DNA of 64,000 bases from a virus: the IMG/VR virus record IMGVR_UViG_3300028840_003168; one strand, 5' to 3'. Below are positions 63,013 to 64,000 of this stretch, piece by piece (positions within the stretch are counted from its first letter, which is position 1; each line of letters begins with the position of its first letter). The notes beneath the pieces were generated by a model. It worked only from the letters and a program-made list of their open reading frames with translations. It was not told the DNA's origin and did no database searches. A program made the position numbers and the translations under genes.

Positions 63013-63351
63013 ATGACTGTCATTAACAATTGGTCTTTGGAGCTTTTTCATGACGACCCGTTGACGGCACCGGAGTTTAATGCTGGCTGTATACATGGGA
63101 TGGTTGCGACAGACGATGGAGAAAAGAGTGTCAAAACATCCATAGTGACTTTTATTTGCAGTTCCGATGGGAGGCACATTGAGACGGCGAACGGCGAGGC
63201 TTACGTGTTGGGAACAGTGAACCCGGAATATAAAGAGTTCGTGCGGTCGTACAGTCCAGATTGGGACGGGACCAATATGTATTGGCCCCTGTTGGATATA
63301 TTGCTGTGGAAGGGCCGTTTTGATTGTCGCATCAAGCTGAAAGGGATATGA
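63013..63351 (+). CDS. Hypothetical protein
   Basis: INNWS...APE...G....TS.......ETANG..Y.LG.V.PEY pattern of phage hypothetical proteins. Confidence 0.6.
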   Translation: MTVINNWSLELFHDDPLTAPEFNAGCIHGMVATDDGEKSVKTSIVTFICSSDGRHIETANGEAYVLGTVNPEYKEFVRSYSPDWDGTNMYWPLLDILLWKGRFDCRIKLKGI

Positions 63352-64000
63352 TGGATAAGAACCTCAAGTGTAGAGAGTGCGGCCACTTCCTGGCCAAGTA
63401 CAACATGAGCAATACTCACATCGGCTGTTGCACTGCCTGTAAGCCAGATAAGAGTGGCCAGGAGTACATCAGGCCGAAAGATGAGTTTGTTATGGTTCCT
63501 GCGGGAATCCCAATCGTAGGTATGTCCGTCACATCGGATAAGCCAAACAAAAATGATGATTCCTTTGAGGTGTCTACCTACTCCGACAAGCCATTCGAGT
63601 ACGGTTCCAAAGAGTGGTTTGAGAACATTGGTAAAGCATTTGCCAAACCTATTCGTGAGATGTCTCTACCTGCTTCGGCATTCAAACTCTCACCGCACCC
63701 ATACAAAGCCGAAGCAGAAGCCAACCAGCGGCTAAACGACCAGGCCCTGGCAGACCACAGGCGGCACTGGGGTTACGGGACGGACGAGCCGATTCTCCGT
63801 GATCCCGTGGACCCGATCAAGGACGACAAGATAGACCTCTTGGGCAAACCAATTACCATGCAGGACCTGGAGGACCTCAGTAAAAGCCTGCGAGACCGAA
63901 AGCCCTACGCCCATGTAGAGGAGACTCAGAGGTTCAACGAGCAGGTGTTGGCCGAGCACAGGGAACGGCTGAAGGACATCGAGGACGGCACCTTCCCAGG
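63351..64000 (+). CDS. Hypothetical protein, 3'-truncated by the window edge; not in the ORF track
   Basis: MDKNLKCRECGHFLAKYN...CTAC; frame stays open to 64000. Confidence 0.6.
   Translation, partial: MDKNLKCRECGHFLAKYNMSNTHIGCCTACKPDKSGQEYIRPKDEFVMVPAGIPIVGMSVTSDKPNKNDDSFEVSTYSDKPFEYGSKEWFENIGKAFAKPIREMSLPASAFKLSPHPYKAEAEANQRLNDQALADHRRHWGYGTDEPILRDPVDPIKDDKIDLLGKPITMQDLEDLSKSLRDRKPYAHVEETQRFNEQVLAEHRERLKDIEDGTFP

Overview
Gene-dense, almost entirely + strand, ~53% GC (by eye) segment of a large (jumbo-type) dsDNA bacteriophage genome read with the standard genetic code. No capsid, terminase or tail genes were recognised. 1-15.2 kb is a replication/recombination block: family-A DNA polymerase, DnaX clamp loader, UvsY-like, gp32-like SSB, RecA, SbcD/SbcC, DEDDh exonuclease, RusA and a trigger-factor homologue. 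15.2-30.3 kb and 36.9-41.6 kb hold the most unusual system. Three large acidic proteins (~1557, 1793 and 578 aa) are strings of unrelated ~60-200 aa acidic modules separated by a recurring Arg-rich linker, (E/D)ARRxx[AGS]|Q. Two arrays of small genes fuse unrelated acidic payloads to conserved basic N-terminal leaders (M[KR]LKG[LI]... x6 and MRHEDFIKGV... x3) that mostly end in a similar basic-x-[AG]|[QD] site. I infer a protease-processed, virion-packaged cargo (internal/ejected protein) system with shuffleable payloads. The rest is accessory: SNF2 helicase, TOPRIM protein, bL12-CTD fusion, ThyX, Tmk, DNA methylase, an XRE-sigma4-zinc finger-ParB-like fusion, a truncated LexA and an endolysin. 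The window also has an 8-copy promoter motif (AAACTTTTTTGGTATATT), a 4-copy palindromic operator (ACCT-N12-AGGT), a tRNA-like RNA with an apparent 21-nt anticodon-loop insertion behind a structured RNA, and a micro-cassette array delimited by GGCGGGGCGATGG repeats. All family assignments come from motif recognition by eye; no database searches were run.
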